This document shows, in pieces, positions 52,894 through 63,023 of a stretch of 64,000 nucleotides of DNA. Numbering within the stretch: position 1 is the stretch's first letter; each line of letters opens with the position of its first letter. The stretch is from Elusimicrobiota bacterium (lineage in GTDB: Bacteria > Elusimicrobiota > Elusimicrobia > F11). The translations under genes were made by a program, and so were the position numbers. Location of the stretch: NCBI GenBank assembly GCA_046153645.1, contig JBJXGI010000042.1:93097-157096 (forward strand). Direction: 5' to 3'. The notes under the pieces are model-generated. The model searched no databases, was not told where the DNA came from, and saw only the letters and a program-made list of their open reading frames with translations.

Positions 52894-52914
52894 CAAAGGA
52901 CGTTTATCATTTAT

Positions 52915-55086
52915 ATGGAAATAAAAACCAAAACAAAAATTTCAGCAACTCAAGATTTATCGCGCGTTTTATCTCCGAAGTCTGTGGCCATTATTGGCGC
53001 TTCTCGCAAAGAGGGATCGGTTGGTGAAGCGATTTTTAAAAATTTGCTCCGAGCTGATTTTAAAGGGAGTTTATATCCCGTTAACCCCAAAGCCGATTCC
53101 ATCGGAGGAGTTAAATGTTACGCAAGTATTTCAAAAATTCCTGATCCGATTGATTTGGCCATTTTGATTGTTCCCAATGTTGTTGTTCCTAATGTACTCA
53201 GAGAATGTGCGGCAGCTCATATTCCAGGAGCCATTGTTGTGAGCGCAGGTTTTAAAGAAATTGGTGGTGAAGGAATTAAATTAGAAGAAGAGGTAAAACA
53301 TTTAGCCGAAGAATATGGAATCGCACTTATTGGCCCAAACTGTCTCGGTTTTATTAACACTGATTCCCGCGTTCAACTGAACGCTTCTTTCGCTCAAACT
53401 ATGCCGAAAGCAGGCAACATTGCTTTTATCTCTCAAAGTGGGGCGCTTTGTACCGCTGTTTTAGATTACGCCAAAGGAAAAGGTATTGGTTTTTCTAAAT
53501 TTATCAGCATGGGAAATAAAGCAGTGACCAACGAAACAGATTTTTTACGCACTCTTCGTGATGATCCTTTGACGGATGTCATTTTGATGTATGTTGAAGA
53601 TATTGCCAACGGAACAGAATTTATTCAAACAGCTCGACACATTACCGGCGAGATTGCTAAGCCAAAACCCATTATTGCCATTAAATCCGGACGCACAACA
53701 GAAGGAGCGAAAGCCGCTTCGTCTCATACAGGTTCATTAGCTGGGTCAGATGATGTTTATGACGCCGTTTTTTTACAATCTGGAATTTTACGAGTTGAAA
53801 CCGTTGAAGAACTATTTGATTACGCGGTGGCCTTTTCACAACAACCTTTACCAAAAGGAGACCGTGTGGCTATTGTAACCAATGCCGGTGGTCCTGGCAT
53901 TATGGCCACCGATGCCGCCGTACGACACGGTTTAACATTGGCTCCATTAACAGATGAAACGAAAAAAATTCTTCGTGATGAACTTCCTGAAACAGCCAAT
54001 ATTAATAATCCCGTTGATGTCATTGGAGATGCCCGCCACGATAGATACGAATCTGCTCTTAAGGCCGTTGTTAAAGACCCAAATGTAGATGGTGTCATTG
54101 TGATTCTCACCCCGCAAGCGATGACCAACAGTCGAGAAATTGGCGAAGTTGTTGTTAATGTAGCAGAAACGCTGAAAGCCTCTCCTTGGCATCAAAAACC
54201 AATATTGACCAGTTTCATGGGAATTGGTGACGTGTCAGAAGGCGTTAAAAAATTAGAAAAAGCCGGAATTCCTCATTACATTTTTCCGGAAGCAGCGGCA
54301 CGCGCTTTGGCCCAAATGAACAAGTATCAAAAAGATTGGCTATCACGCCCTCGAACAGAAGTGAAAAGTTATCCCGTTCAACGCGAAGTCGTTGAGAAAA
54401 TATTTAAAGCGGTTCGTGCCGATAACAGAACTTATTTACCGGAATATGAAACATTACAAGTGCTGGCCGCTTATGGGCTGCCTGTGCTCAATACGCGACT
54501 TGCTCGTAGTGAAGAACAAGCCATTCAATTTTCTAAAGAGATTGGATTTCCTGTGGTTTTAAAAATTGCCTCTCCTGCCATTGTGCATAAATTGGATGCG
54601 GGAGGCGTTGTGATTAACTTAAATTCTGTTGAAGCAGTATCACAAGCTTATCGAAAAATGATCGCCACAGCTGAAGCGTTGGTGGGTAAAGAAAAGATTT
54701 GGGGCGTTGAAATTCAACAAATGGCTGGTAAAGGTGTTGAAGTTTTTTTAGGTTCCAAACGAGATGCCAAATTTGGCCCCATTATTTTGTTCGGGCTGGG
54801 CGGAACATTTGTTGAAGTGTTTAAAGATATTTCGTTTAGAGTGGCACCGCTTCGTGAATGGTCCACCAGAGCCATCATTGAAAAAAGTCGCGCTTATAGG
54901 ATTCTCAAAGGTTACCGTGGACAACCCACAGATATTGATAAAGTTGCCGAATGTTTAGGGAGACTTTCTCAATTGGCAATTGATTTTCCTGAAATTGAAG
55001 AACTCGATATTAATCCGCTGGTGGTTTATCCGCTTGGAAATGGCGCGCGCGTGTTGGACGGGAGAATTGTGCTTAGCTCTTTATAA
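52915..55086 (+). CDS. ADP-forming acetyl-CoA synthetase (acetate--CoA ligase) family protein with fused alpha and beta domains
   Basis: CoA-binding N-terminus (SVAIIGASRKEGSVG), a succinyl-CoA-synthetase-like flavodoxin domain, and a C-terminal ATP-grasp (VVLKIASPAIVHKLDAGGV). Length 723 aa. Confidence 0.8.
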   Translation: MEIKTKTKISATQDLSRVLSPKSVAIIGASRKEGSVGEAIFKNLLRADFKGSLYPVNPKADSIGGVKCYASISKIPDPIDLAILIVPNVVVPNVLRECAAAHIPGAIVVSAGFKEIGGEGIKLEEEVKHLAEEYGIALIGPNCLGFINTDSRVQLNASFAQTMPKAGNIAFISQSGALCTAVLDYAKGKGIGFSKFISMGNKAVTNETDFLRTLRDDPLTDVILMYVEDIANGTEFIQTARHITGEIAKPKPIIAIKSGRTTEGAKAASSHTGSLAGSDDVYDAVFLQSGILRVETVEELFDYAVAFSQQPLPKGDRVAIVTNAGGPGIMATDAAVRHGLTLAPLTDETKKILRDELPETANINNPVDVIGDARHDRYESALKAVVKDPNVDGVIVILTPQAMTNSREIGEVVVNVAETLKASPWHQKPILTSFMGIGDVSEGVKKLEKAGIPHYIFPEAAARALAQMNKYQKDWLSRPRTEVKSYPVQREVVEKIFKAVRADNRTYLPEYETLQVLAAYGLPVLNTRLARSEEQAIQFSKEIGFPVVLKIASPAIVHKLDAGGVVINLNSVEAVSQAYRKMIATAEALVGKEKIWGVEIQQMAGKGVEVFLGSKRDAKFGPIILFGLGGTFVEVFKDISFRVAPLREWSTRAIIEKSRAYRILKGYRGQPTDIDKVAECLGRLSQLAIDFPEIEELDINPLVVYPLGNGARVLDGRIVLSSL

Positions 55087-55153
55087 TTCTTTATGTTGAC
55101 ATGCGGTCATTTTACGCGGTATTTTGACCGTGATCGTCACTGATTCCGTGGTG

Positions 55154-56512
55154 CTATCCTGACAACATTCCCCAAATTTGGAGTAGATCTGAATCTTTGG
55201 ACCAGCGGTTTCCAATGTCTGTGCGGTAAAACATGTTGGGCAAAATGATATTTTTAATTCTTCCGTACACTTCTTTTTGGGCATCCGCCATCGTTGGGCC
55301 TGAACCAGTTACAACCATGACATAACCACTCGATCCGGCAATTCGCCAGTCGCCATCCACCAATCGAACGTCGCAGTGATGAATGCCTTGAGTGTTCGGT
55401 TTTTTGAAAATAATAGTCGCATCTTCAGAAAATTTTTCAAATACATCGGGGTCGTCATATGGATACGGTGGGACCGCAATAACAACGCCTATTTGATAAC
55501 CACGATTGGTTTTGAGATTAAATGGTTGTTTGCTGCCCAAAGCATAAAGCAAGTCGCCCCAGCGACTGGCAATGCCCTCAATTTGAATATTAATGGTCGG
55601 GTATCCAAAACGTGGTGTCATTTCTAAGGGATAAATTCCTCGAGAGTTAACGATGCAATTAATATCGAAATATCCCACGTAGCCCAATTCGCTTAAGCGT
55701 TTTTCATATTTTTTTAGAGTTTCGTTATAGAGGTGATTGGGTCCTGCCCAGAACATGGAGGTTCCCATTTCACCCGTGGTGGGTCCAATTTCTTCATTAA
55801 ACATGCGTTTATGCTCAAAGTTGATGCAGGCTGGCAACAGAAATTCATGCCCGTTGAAGAACGCGCCGATCGCAACCTCAACGCCTGCAACAAATTTTTG
55901 AATTTGAAAACTGCGTATTTTTGTGCCCCAACCGGTTCGATATCGTTCCAGCATGTTCACCACATCAAGGCCGTCTTCTTCTTGACCTACAAATGAAAGA
56001 ACTTTTTCATCTTGAGCTTTTCCATTGGGTTTAACCACATAACGGCCCGGGTTGGCTTTAACAAATTTGATGGCTTCATCAAAGGAAGAGAAATCCCAAC
56101 ACGGAAGAGTGTTCACTCCCACATTCCGCAATTCTTCTTGCGCCCAGTCTCGATCGAGTTCGAGTTTGTCGCTTAAAGGGGTTCCTCCAACAACTTTTTT
56201 TCCTTCTTTTCTTAATTTTTCAGCTATCGCTCCAAAACCAATGTCATCAAAAACAATCACATCCGCCCAATCAACGGCTTTTTCCCACTCGTCGATTTTC
56301 TCAACAAAACCATCTGAAACATTTTTTTCTGTTTTGTCCGCGATGAAATATTTAACGTGGTTTCCTTCGGTTTTTACTTGGGTTGCTAGATCACCAATAC
56401 ATCCGATATCGGAGATAAATAAAAATTTTCTCTGTGGAAATTCCGAAAGATTACTCTTCGAATTACCGGTTGATTTTTCGCCATTCATGACTTCAGTTTG
56501 TTCAGAATTCAT
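55154..56512 (-). CDS. Divergent phosphoribosylamine--glycine ligase (PurD)-like ATP-grasp protein
   Basis: Blocks align with E. coli PurD: IQKFVAGVEVAIGAFFNG with IEEFLDGEEASF, HKRMFNEEIGPTTGEMG with HKRVGDKDTGPNTGGMG, EMTPRFGYP with EFNCRFGDP, and SGYVMVVTGSGPTMADAQKEVY with GGRVLCVTALGHTVAEAQKRAY. No other pur genes are nearby. Confidence 0.55.
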   Translation of the reverse strand: MNSEQTEVMNGEKSTGNSKSNLSEFPQRKFLFISDIGCIGDLATQVKTEGNHVKYFIADKTEKNVSDGFVEKIDEWEKAVDWADVIVFDDIGFGAIAEKLRKEGKKVVGGTPLSDKLELDRDWAQEELRNVGVNTLPCWDFSSFDEAIKFVKANPGRYVVKPNGKAQDEKVLSFVGQEEDGLDVVNMLERYRTGWGTKIRSFQIQKFVAGVEVAIGAFFNGHEFLLPACINFEHKRMFNEEIGPTTGEMGTSMFWAGPNHLYNETLKKYEKRLSELGYVGYFDINCIVNSRGIYPLEMTPRFGYPTINIQIEGIASRWGDLLYALGSKQPFNLKTNRGYQIGVVIAVPPYPYDDPDVFEKFSEDATIIFKKPNTQGIHHCDVRLVDGDWRIAGSSGYVMVVTGSGPTMADAQKEVYGRIKNIILPNMFYRTDIGNRWSKDSDLLQIWGMLSG

Positions 56513-56589
56513 TGAAAAATCAACACAAAAATCTTTTTTGAAGAGGAAGTGCGCAGAAAGGCAAAGATTGCCCTAGAAAAAGTTTTATA

Positions 56590-57717
56590 ATGACACCTAT
56601 GTCCGTCGAACAACTTGCCCTTATCTTTCTTTTTTCTTTAGGCATTATTACAGTGGCCTTTTTAGTTTGGTTTATTAAACAAGGTCGTGATGAGTCGCGT
56701 CATCAAGTAGAAGATATTACCCGCCAAATTCTAGACGCGCAAAAAAATAATCAATCTATGGAAATTTTGCAACGAGAAATGATTGGTCTTCGTGATCAAC
56801 TGGCTAAAAGTGTTCAAGAATCGGCCGCGCTCATGGTCAATTCGCAAAAGTCAGTGGGAGAAAGGCTTGACCGGGCAGCTGAAGTGGTAGGAAAAGTTCA
56901 AAAATCATTGGGCGCGTTAGACCAGGCCACGCAACAAGTATTTATGGTGGGTAAAGATATTGCGCAGTTACAAGAAATTTTGCGAGCACCCAAAGTACGA
57001 GGAACTCTCGGTGAACTTTTTTTATCTGATTTATTGGGGCAGATTTTGCCCGCAACTAATTTTACGCTTCAACACACCTTTAAAACGGGGGAAACAGTTG
57101 ATGCGATTGTCAGACTTGGAAGCCAATTTGTTCCCGTGGACTCTAAGTTTCCTTTGGAAAACTTTAAACGCCTTCTTCAATCACAAGACCCGCAAGAAAA
57201 AACCATGGCGCGCAAAAAATTTATTTCAGATGTTAAAAAGCATATTGATTCGATTGCTTCCAAGTATATTCTTCCTGATGAGGGGACTTTTGATTTCGCG
57301 CTCATGTATATTCCCGCCGAAAACGTTTACTATGAAACCATTATTAAAGATGATGCCACCGGTGACGATTCTTCTCTCATGACTTATGCGTTTTCAAAAC
57401 GAGTCATGCCAGTTTCTCCCAATTCTTTTTATGCCTATCTTCATACCATTAGCTTGGGACTTAGAGGAATGAAAATAGAAGAAAATGCCCGTCACGTGAT
57501 GGACCATTTAGACCGCTTGCGTGGTGATTTTGGTCGCTTCAAAGAAGATTTTTCTTTGATTGGAAAACATTTGAGTAACTCGCGCTCCAAGTATGAAGAC
57601 GCTGAAAAAAGATTATATAGATTAGAAGATAAACTTTCTTTGCCTGGAAGTTCACCTGTTGAGCCTGTACTCAGCAGCGCGCAAGATACCATTGATCAAT
57701 TAAAGTTGGGGTCATAA
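56590..57717 (+). CDS. rmuC: DNA recombination protein RmuC
   Basis: N-terminal transmembrane helix, a coiled coil, and the RmuC core (FVPVDSKFPLENF, ALMYIPAENVYYE, VSPNSFYAYLHTI). Confidence 0.75.
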   Translation: MTPMSVEQLALIFLFSLGIITVAFLVWFIKQGRDESRHQVEDITRQILDAQKNNQSMEILQREMIGLRDQLAKSVQESAALMVNSQKSVGERLDRAAEVVGKVQKSLGALDQATQQVFMVGKDIAQLQEILRAPKVRGTLGELFLSDLLGQILPATNFTLQHTFKTGETVDAIVRLGSQFVPVDSKFPLENFKRLLQSQDPQEKTMARKKFISDVKKHIDSIASKYILPDEGTFDFALMYIPAENVYYETIIKDDATGDDSSLMTYAFSKRVMPVSPNSFYAYLHTISLGLRGMKIEENARHVMDHLDRLRGDFGRFKEDFSLIGKHLSNSRSKYEDAEKRLYRLEDKLSLPGSSPVEPVLSSAQDTIDQLKLGS

Positions 57718-58073
57718 TGAATTGGTTTATGTGGGGATGTTTTCAGCTGGCGCTTGCAGTTATATTGGGCGCTTTTGGAGCTCACGGCCTTAAAAATAAA
57801 GTAACTCCTGAATTATTGGTGATATTTGAAACAGGAAACCGGTATCATTTTTACCATGGTTTTGCTTTATTAGTGACAGGGATTTTAAGTTTTATTAAAA
57901 ATGGAACGCAAATCAACACAGCTGGAATTTTGTTTACGATTGGAATACTCATTTTTAGCGGCTCTCTTTATTTATTAACACTCACCGGCGTTCGTTGGTT
58001 GGGAGCCATTACTCCGATAGGGGGGTTGTCTTTTATTGTTGGCTGGATTTTTCTCGCAATAGCGGCTCGTTAA
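57717..58073 (+). CDS. DUF423 family small membrane protein
   Basis: Four transmembrane helices. The N-terminus reads LAVILGAFGAHGLK. Confidence 0.6.
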   Translation: MNWFMWGCFQLALAVILGAFGAHGLKNKVTPELLVIFETGNRYHFYHGFALLVTGILSFIKNGTQINTAGILFTIGILIFSGSLYLLTLTGVRWLGAITPIGGLSFIVGWIFLAIAAR

Positions 58074-58653
58074 CTAATTTCACTTCCATTGTTTTATCTT
58101 TCCAAAGTCCCCGTTTCTCTTTCCTGGCTTCTTGCTCTAATTTTCTAAAGGGCTCTAAATATTTGTAAGGGTATCGACTAAACGCTCTCGCGTAACCTGC
58201 CTCGATAATAAGTGCATTTAAAAACCCTTTTTCATAAGAGTCGCGTTCACAAACTTCTTCGGCTAATTCAAAGTCTAAATTCCCACAGTCTTTTGGTTCA
58301 AAATAAACATAAGCCAGGATTCGACCATGACGATCTTTATGACCGGTGACTTTATTGGCCACTTCATATTCGAGTCGTATACTTTTACCTTGGACCAATT
58401 TTTTAACAAATTCAGAAGATTTTCTTCCTAAAGATTGAATTACTTGAACGTCCCGACGTGTGCGCGCGGCATCTTGATTTAATTTCTCAGAAGGGTGAAC
58501 TTCAGGAGTATCGATTCCAATCAGTCGAACACGTGTGTTGTTGGTTAAAAGAAGAGTGTCACCATCGATGACGCGTTTAACACGGACGGTTGTTTCACCG
58601 TAAGCGATATATGAAAAAAATAAACAACCAATGAGAACGAGGGGTTTTCTCAT
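58033..58653 (-). CDS. Secreted thermonuclease (staphylococcal nuclease homologue)
   Basis: Signal peptide followed by canonical VIDGDTLLL...VRLIGIDTPE...RDVQ...DRHGRILAYV..GLW. Confidence 0.85.
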   Translation of the reverse strand: MRKPLVLIGCLFFSYIAYGETTVRVKRVIDGDTLLLTNNTRVRLIGIDTPEVHPSEKLNQDAARTRRDVQVIQSLGRKSSEFVKKLVQGKSIRLEYEVANKVTGHKDRHGRILAYVYFEPKDCGNLDFELAEEVCERDSYEKGFLNALIIEAGYARAFSRYPYKYLEPFRKLEQEARKEKRGLWKDKTMEVKLVNEPLLREKSSQQ

Positions 58654-58716
58654 GGAGAGAGTTTATATTTTATCTACTTGTATTTTTCTGAAAATTAACT
58701 GATGATTAATATCAAT

Positions 58717-58798
58717 CGTCATCCCCGAAATTTTCTATCGGGGATCTAGATTCCCGATAACAACATTCGGGAATGACGACTGTCGGGAGGAGTTTAAT
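58717..58798 (+). promoter_or_regulatory. Structured 5' leader of the second lemA: two adjacent 8-bp hairpins with alternative long-range and SD-sequestering pairings
   Basis: Hairpin 1 is ATCCCCGA/TCGGGGAT (58721-58745). Hairpin 2 is ATTCCCGA/TCGGGAAT (58750-58774). An outer pairing CGTCATCCCCGA/TCGGGAATGACG is possible. A third TCGGGAGGAG overlaps the SD at 58783-58792. Confidence 0.4.
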
Positions 58799-59362
58799 AT
58801 GATCCCAGTTTTAATTTTAGGCTTTATCGTCGTAGGTGTTGTTCTTTATTTAACAACCATTTATAACAGTTTGGTTGCGGTTAAAAATGATGTTCAAAAA
58901 GCGTGGGCGAACATTGATGTGTTGCTTAAACAACGCCATGACGAGTTACCCAAACTCATTAAAACGTGCGAAACCTATATGCAATATGAACAAGATACAC
59001 TGAAGAAAGTCATTGAACTTCGTTCAAAAGCGATGGGTGCTGGGTCTGTGGGTCAAAAAGCTTTAATAGAAGGGGAACTCACTCAAACACTCGGAAAAAT
59101 ATTCGCCTTGGCAGAAAATTACCCCAATTTAAAGGCCGAAGGAACATTCCAAAATCTCCAAACCAGAATTTCAGGATTGGAAAATCAAATTGCCGATCGG
59201 AGAGAATTTTATAACGAAAGTGTTAACAACTATAACATTCGAATCCAGTCAATTCCTGATATGTTTGTGGCCGGTTTCATGCAATTAAAGGCGATGGAAA
59301 TTTTTAAAGTTTCTGAGTCAGACCGGGAAGACGTATCGGTTGATATGAAACTACCCTCTTAA
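58799..59362 (+). CDS. lemA: LemA family membrane protein (second copy)
   Basis: Transmembrane helix plus the LemA core (VKNDVQKAWANIDVLLKQRHDELPKL ... ENYPNLKAEGTFQNLQTRI). Confidence 0.8.
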   Translation: MIPVLILGFIVVGVVLYLTTIYNSLVAVKNDVQKAWANIDVLLKQRHDELPKLIKTCETYMQYEQDTLKKVIELRSKAMGAGSVGQKALIEGELTQTLGKIFALAENYPNLKAEGTFQNLQTRISGLENQIADRREFYNESVNNYNIRIQSIPDMFVAGFMQLKAMEIFKVSESDREDVSVDMKLPS

Positions 59363-59377
59363 AAATTAATTCTTTCC

Positions 59378-60271
59378 ATGCAAAATTTTATTTTTGGCAG
59401 TATTTTTTGCATAGTGGGTTTGGGTCTTTTTTTCTTCGGATTCAAACGATTGGCCTTGGTTCGCCGAATTCAAACAATGGCGACTTCAAAAAATAGATCT
59501 GTTGCTATGGGTTTTGTGGAAGTTTTTGGCTTAGCTAAATCACAATATAAACTTCTTGATCCTATTTATAATAATCCCTGTGTTTATTATTCAGTTAAAG
59601 TAGAAGAGAGACGTTCCAGCGGAAAAAACAGTCATTGGGTCACTATTTATCAAGACAATTCAGCAGGGTTTTCGTTTGCAGTTGAAGATGCCTCCGGACT
59701 TGTTGAAGTTTTTCCTAAAGATGCTGAGTTACAACTCTCCTCAAAAATTACTTGTACATCTTCTTTTGGGTTCGGCAGTTCTCCCGAAGATTTATTCTTA
59801 AAAAAATGGAAGGGATTAAACACAGTACAGTTAACCGCTTACATAATTCGACTGGGAGATCCTGTTTTTATTATCGGCCATGTGGGATTAAATAATAAAC
59901 AAATGGTTTATCCCATTACCATTGCCGATGCTGCGCGTGATTTAAAGAGTGATGCCCAAGCCATGAAGAAAGCAGATGGAAATCAAGACGGAACAATTGA
60001 TTCAAGCGAATGGGATCATGCTATTCAGGAAAAGAAAAAAGAAATGGAATTTAATCAGAATAAAAAAAACATTTCTGATCCTCAAATTCCTGCTATTCGA
60101 AAAGAAAAATCAGAACCTTTTATTATTGGAAACAATCAGGAAGATGTGGTTAAAAAATTATATTGGTCCGCCATTATCATGATGATTGTCGGACCTATTT
60201 TTTTTATTTCAGGATTTATGGTGCTTGTAGTAAAAACAGGAAAAGTGGCAACTCAAATATATTTTGGCTAG
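59378..60271 (+). CDS. Two-helix membrane protein resembling GIDE/MUL1-type domain proteins, with a canonical EF-hand loop
   Basis: N- and C-terminal transmembrane helices flank a beta-rich domain. The segment DGNQDGTIDSSE matches the EF-hand 12-residue loop. Positioned immediately after lemA. Confidence 0.45.
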   Translation: MQNFIFGSIFCIVGLGLFFFGFKRLALVRRIQTMATSKNRSVAMGFVEVFGLAKSQYKLLDPIYNNPCVYYSVKVEERRSSGKNSHWVTIYQDNSAGFSFAVEDASGLVEVFPKDAELQLSSKITCTSSFGFGSSPEDLFLKKWKGLNTVQLTAYIIRLGDPVFIIGHVGLNNKQMVYPITIADAARDLKSDAQAMKKADGNQDGTIDSSEWDHAIQEKKKEMEFNQNKKNISDPQIPAIRKEKSEPFIIGNNQEDVVKKLYWSAIIMMIVGPIFFISGFMVLVVKTGKVATQIYFG

Positions 60272-60273
60272 CT

Positions 60274-61746
60274 CTATCTTCTTCTAGCGCCCCCACCAAA
60301 AATAGATCCCAATACACCTCTAATAATTTGACGCCCCACTTGACTGGCAGCCGCCCTGGCTGCGCTTTTGGCCATGGCTTCTAAAATGGAATCACTCGAT
60401 CGGCCACCACCAAAAGATCTCTGCGCAGGGGCTGATGGAACTGCCACTTGAGCTTGAGCGGTTGTTTCTTCAACTTTCTTTTTTAGAACTTCAAATGCAG
60501 ATTCTCTGTCCACTTGTTTTTCATAGTGGCCATAAATAATCGAACTTTGAATGATTTTAATTCGTTGATCCGAGGTAATAGCACCAATTTGGCTTTGTGG
60601 AGGAAAAATCCACGCTCTTTCAACAGGAGTCGGGGCTCCTTTTTCATCTAAGAAAGAAACGAGTGCTTCTCCTGTGGCGAGTTCCGTAATGGCTTTTTCG
60701 ACGTCAAGACCAGGGCTGGCTCTAAAAGTTTGAGCAGCTGTTTTTACAGCCTTTTGATCAAGTGGGGTAAAAGCGCGGAGTGCGTGTTGAACGCGGTTTC
60801 CCAATTGGCCCAAAATTGTCTCAGGAACATCGAGAGGGTTTTGAGTAATAAAATAAATGCCCACGCCTTTGGATCTCACCAATCGAACCACTTGTTCAAT
60901 TTTTTCTAAAAGTGCTTTGGGTGCATCAGAAAAAAGGAGATGTGCCTCATCAAAGAAAAAAACTAATTTTGGTTTTTCTAAATCGCCCGCTTCAGGAAGT
61001 TGTTCAAAAAGCTCAGATAAAAGCCACAAGAGTAAAGTTGAATACACTCTTGGAGAAAGCAGCAATTTGTCTGAAGCTAAGATATTAACAATTCCTTTTC
61101 CGTCGGAAGAAGTTTGAATAAAATCATCTAATGAAAGGGCGGGCTCCCCAAAAAATTTATTTCCACCTTGTTCGTCAAGTGTAAGAAGACCTCTTTGAAT
61201 GGCCCCAATACTGGCGGTAGAAACATTTCCATAGGTCGTGGTTAAAGTGGAGGAGTTATCTCCAACATATTTCACCAAGGCTTGCAAATCTTTAAGATCG
61301 AGTAATAACAACCCTTGGTCATCAGCAACTTTAAAAATAATATTTAATACACCTGATTGAACGTCGTTTAAATTTAAAAGCCGACTGAAAAGTACAGGGC
61401 CCATTTCAGAAACGGTTGTTCGTACGGGATGTCCTTGTTCACCAAACACATCCCAAAACATAACAGGGAATGGTCTGAAATGAGGTTCTGGGAGCTGATA
61501 TTTCAAAATCCTTTCCTCTAATTTAGGAGTTTTTACGCCAGTTTGAGATAAACCCGATAAATCCCCTTTCACGTCGGCCATAAAAACAGGAATACCCATT
61601 TGGCTGAATTGTTCAGCCAAAACTTGAAGTGTAACTGTTTTACCAGTACCAGTGGCACCGGTAATAAGTCCATGGCGGTTAGCCATGTTAGGCAAAAGAC
61701 CTAAAACATTTTTACTTTTAGCGACGGAAAGGAAATTTAAGGGCAT
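60274..61746 (-). CDS. DUF853 (YjgR/HerA-like) P-loop ATPase
   Basis: Walker A ([18 protein letters not shown]), Walker B (LVFFFDEAH) and a C-terminal R/G-rich tail. Confidence 0.7.
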   Translation of the reverse strand: MPLNFLSVAKSKNVLGLLPNMANRHGLITGATGTGKTVTLQVLAEQFSQMGIPVFMADVKGDLSGLSQTGVKTPKLEERILKYQLPEPHFRPFPVMFWDVFGEQGHPVRTTVSEMGPVLFSRLLNLNDVQSGVLNIIFKVADDQGLLLLDLKDLQALVKYVGDNSSTLTTTYGNVSTASIGAIQRGLLTLDEQGGNKFFGEPALSLDDFIQTSSDGKGIVNILASDKLLLSPRVYSTLLLWLLSELFEQLPEAGDLEKPKLVFFFDEAHLLFSDAPKALLEKIEQVVRLVRSKGVGIYFITQNPLDVPETILGQLGNRVQHALRAFTPLDQKAVKTAAQTFRASPGLDVEKAITELATGEALVSFLDEKGAPTPVERAWIFPPQSQIGAITSDQRIKIIQSSIIYGHYEKQVDRESAFEVLKKKVEETTAQAQVAVPSAPAQRSFGGGRSSDSILEAMAKSAARAAASQVGRQIIRGVLGSIFGGGARRR

Positions 61747-61758
61747 AATAAACTTTAA

Positions 61759-62100
61759 TTAACTTTTGAATTGGCTAATAATTTTAGGGAGAAGAGTAAC
61801 TAATTTTCCAGTAACGTCTTCAGAAGAAAGACCTAGTTTTCCAATGGCACTTTGGAGAAGGGGATGTTGAATGAGTTTCCCAATTTGGTCAGGGCTAAAA
61901 GATATCTGTCCTGCTTGATTTTGAAGTGAGTTGGCAATATTTCCCAAACCTTGTTCTTGAAACATTTTAATAAGACCACTCAATCCACCTTGTTGTTGAA
62001 TAAAACCTTTGATTAAAGTTTCAATTCCTGCATCTGATCCGCCAATGGCTGAACCCAATTTTGACATTGCCGCATCTTTTAATGAATCCATAAGTCCCAT
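61759..62100 (-). CDS. YidB-like (DUF937) small protein
   Basis: A 113-aa G/Q-rich helical protein typical of the DUF937 family. Confidence 0.4.
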   Translation of the reverse strand: MGLMDSLKDAAMSKLGSAIGGSDAGIETLIKGFIQQQGGLSGLIKMFQEQGLGNIANSLQNQAGQISFSPDQIGKLIQHPLLQSAIGKLGLSSEDVTGKLVTLLPKIISQFKS

Positions 62101-62223
62101 AAGTCACCTCTCGTGATTAATTTTACTGACGGTATTTTACTTTAAAAGGTCAGATTGAAAAGGGGGTATTTTTTGTGGATTTTTAAAGTAAAAAAGGTAC
62201 AATTCCGTCGCGGTTTTCCTTTT

Positions 62224-62299
62224 GCCCCCATCGTCTAGTGGCCTAGGACATCAGATTCTCAATCTGGTAACCGGGGTTCGATTCCCCGTGGGGGCGCCA
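62224..62299 (+). tRNA. tRNA-Glu (anticodon CUC)
   Basis: Cloverleaf: acceptor GCCCCCA/TGGGGGC, D-arm GTCT..AGGAC, anticodon stem TCAGA/TCTGG with loop TTCTCAA (U33, anticodon CTC, A37), T-arm CGGGG-TTCGATT-CCCCG, discriminator G, encoded CCA. Confidence 0.9.
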
Positions 62300-62314
62300 A
62301 ATAATATTGTCAGA

Positions 62315-62971
62315 TTAAGAACCCCGATTTTTTATATCAGGCACTTCCCAAACTCGAATCCCATTCGGAGGATTTTGGATCGAAAAAACAATATTTTGAA
62401 CTATTTCTTTTAAGCTCACAAATTCAAATCTTCCTATTCGTTTTTTCAGTGGCGGAAAAATTTTCACTAATTGATAGAAAGGAATAAGAACTGAAGGCCA
62501 ATAATGTTCCGGGCCTAAAACATACCAGGGTCTCAAAATGGTGGCGTTGATGCCAGACAATTGGATTTCTTGTTCAACACGCGAACGAACTCGAATATAA
62601 TCTTTCATTATGGGCGCTGGCTGAGCTACACTTAAATAAATGAAATGACTTGTCTTTTTTTGAGTGGCGGCTTTAACTGATTCGAGTCCAGATACAAGGT
62701 CTATTGATTCAAATAAATCTTTTTTATGAGGGCCAGGGTGTGGTGTTCCAATGAGTTGAATAAAAACGCTATTTTCAGGAATCAGATGTTGAAAAGTTTC
62801 TGCTTTAAGCGCATCGCCAAAAACAATATTTGTCTTTTTTTGGATTTTATTTTCCGAACCTTTCCTGCAGAGAACTGTAATTGAATAATTTGATTTTGAC
62901 AATTCTTCAATAAGGGCTTTTCCAATGTAGCCGCTTCCACCAGTAATAAAGATACTTTTTATTTCATTCAT
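62315..62971 (-). CDS. NAD(P)-binding SDR/epimerase-family protein
   Basis: Rossmann motif ITGGSGYIGKAL at the N-terminus. Length 218 aa. Confidence 0.7.
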   Translation of the reverse strand: MNEIKSIFITGGSGYIGKALIEELSKSNYSITVLCRKGSENKIQKKTNIVFGDALKAETFQHLIPENSVFIQLIGTPHPGPHKKDLFESIDLVSGLESVKAATQKKTSHFIYLSVAQPAPIMKDYIRVRSRVEQEIQLSGINATILRPWYVLGPEHYWPSVLIPFYQLVKIFPPLKKRIGRFEFVSLKEIVQNIVFSIQNPPNGIRVWEVPDIKNRGS

Positions 62972-63023
62972 TTCAAAATAAATAATAGCGTTTAATTATG
63001 AAGATGTGCTAGAAAGAGTTTCC

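Noticed and set aside
62222-62413. 63-aa plus-strand ORF
   Set aside because: It coincides with the tRNA-Glu gene and the opposite-strand epimerase 3' end, so it is spurious.
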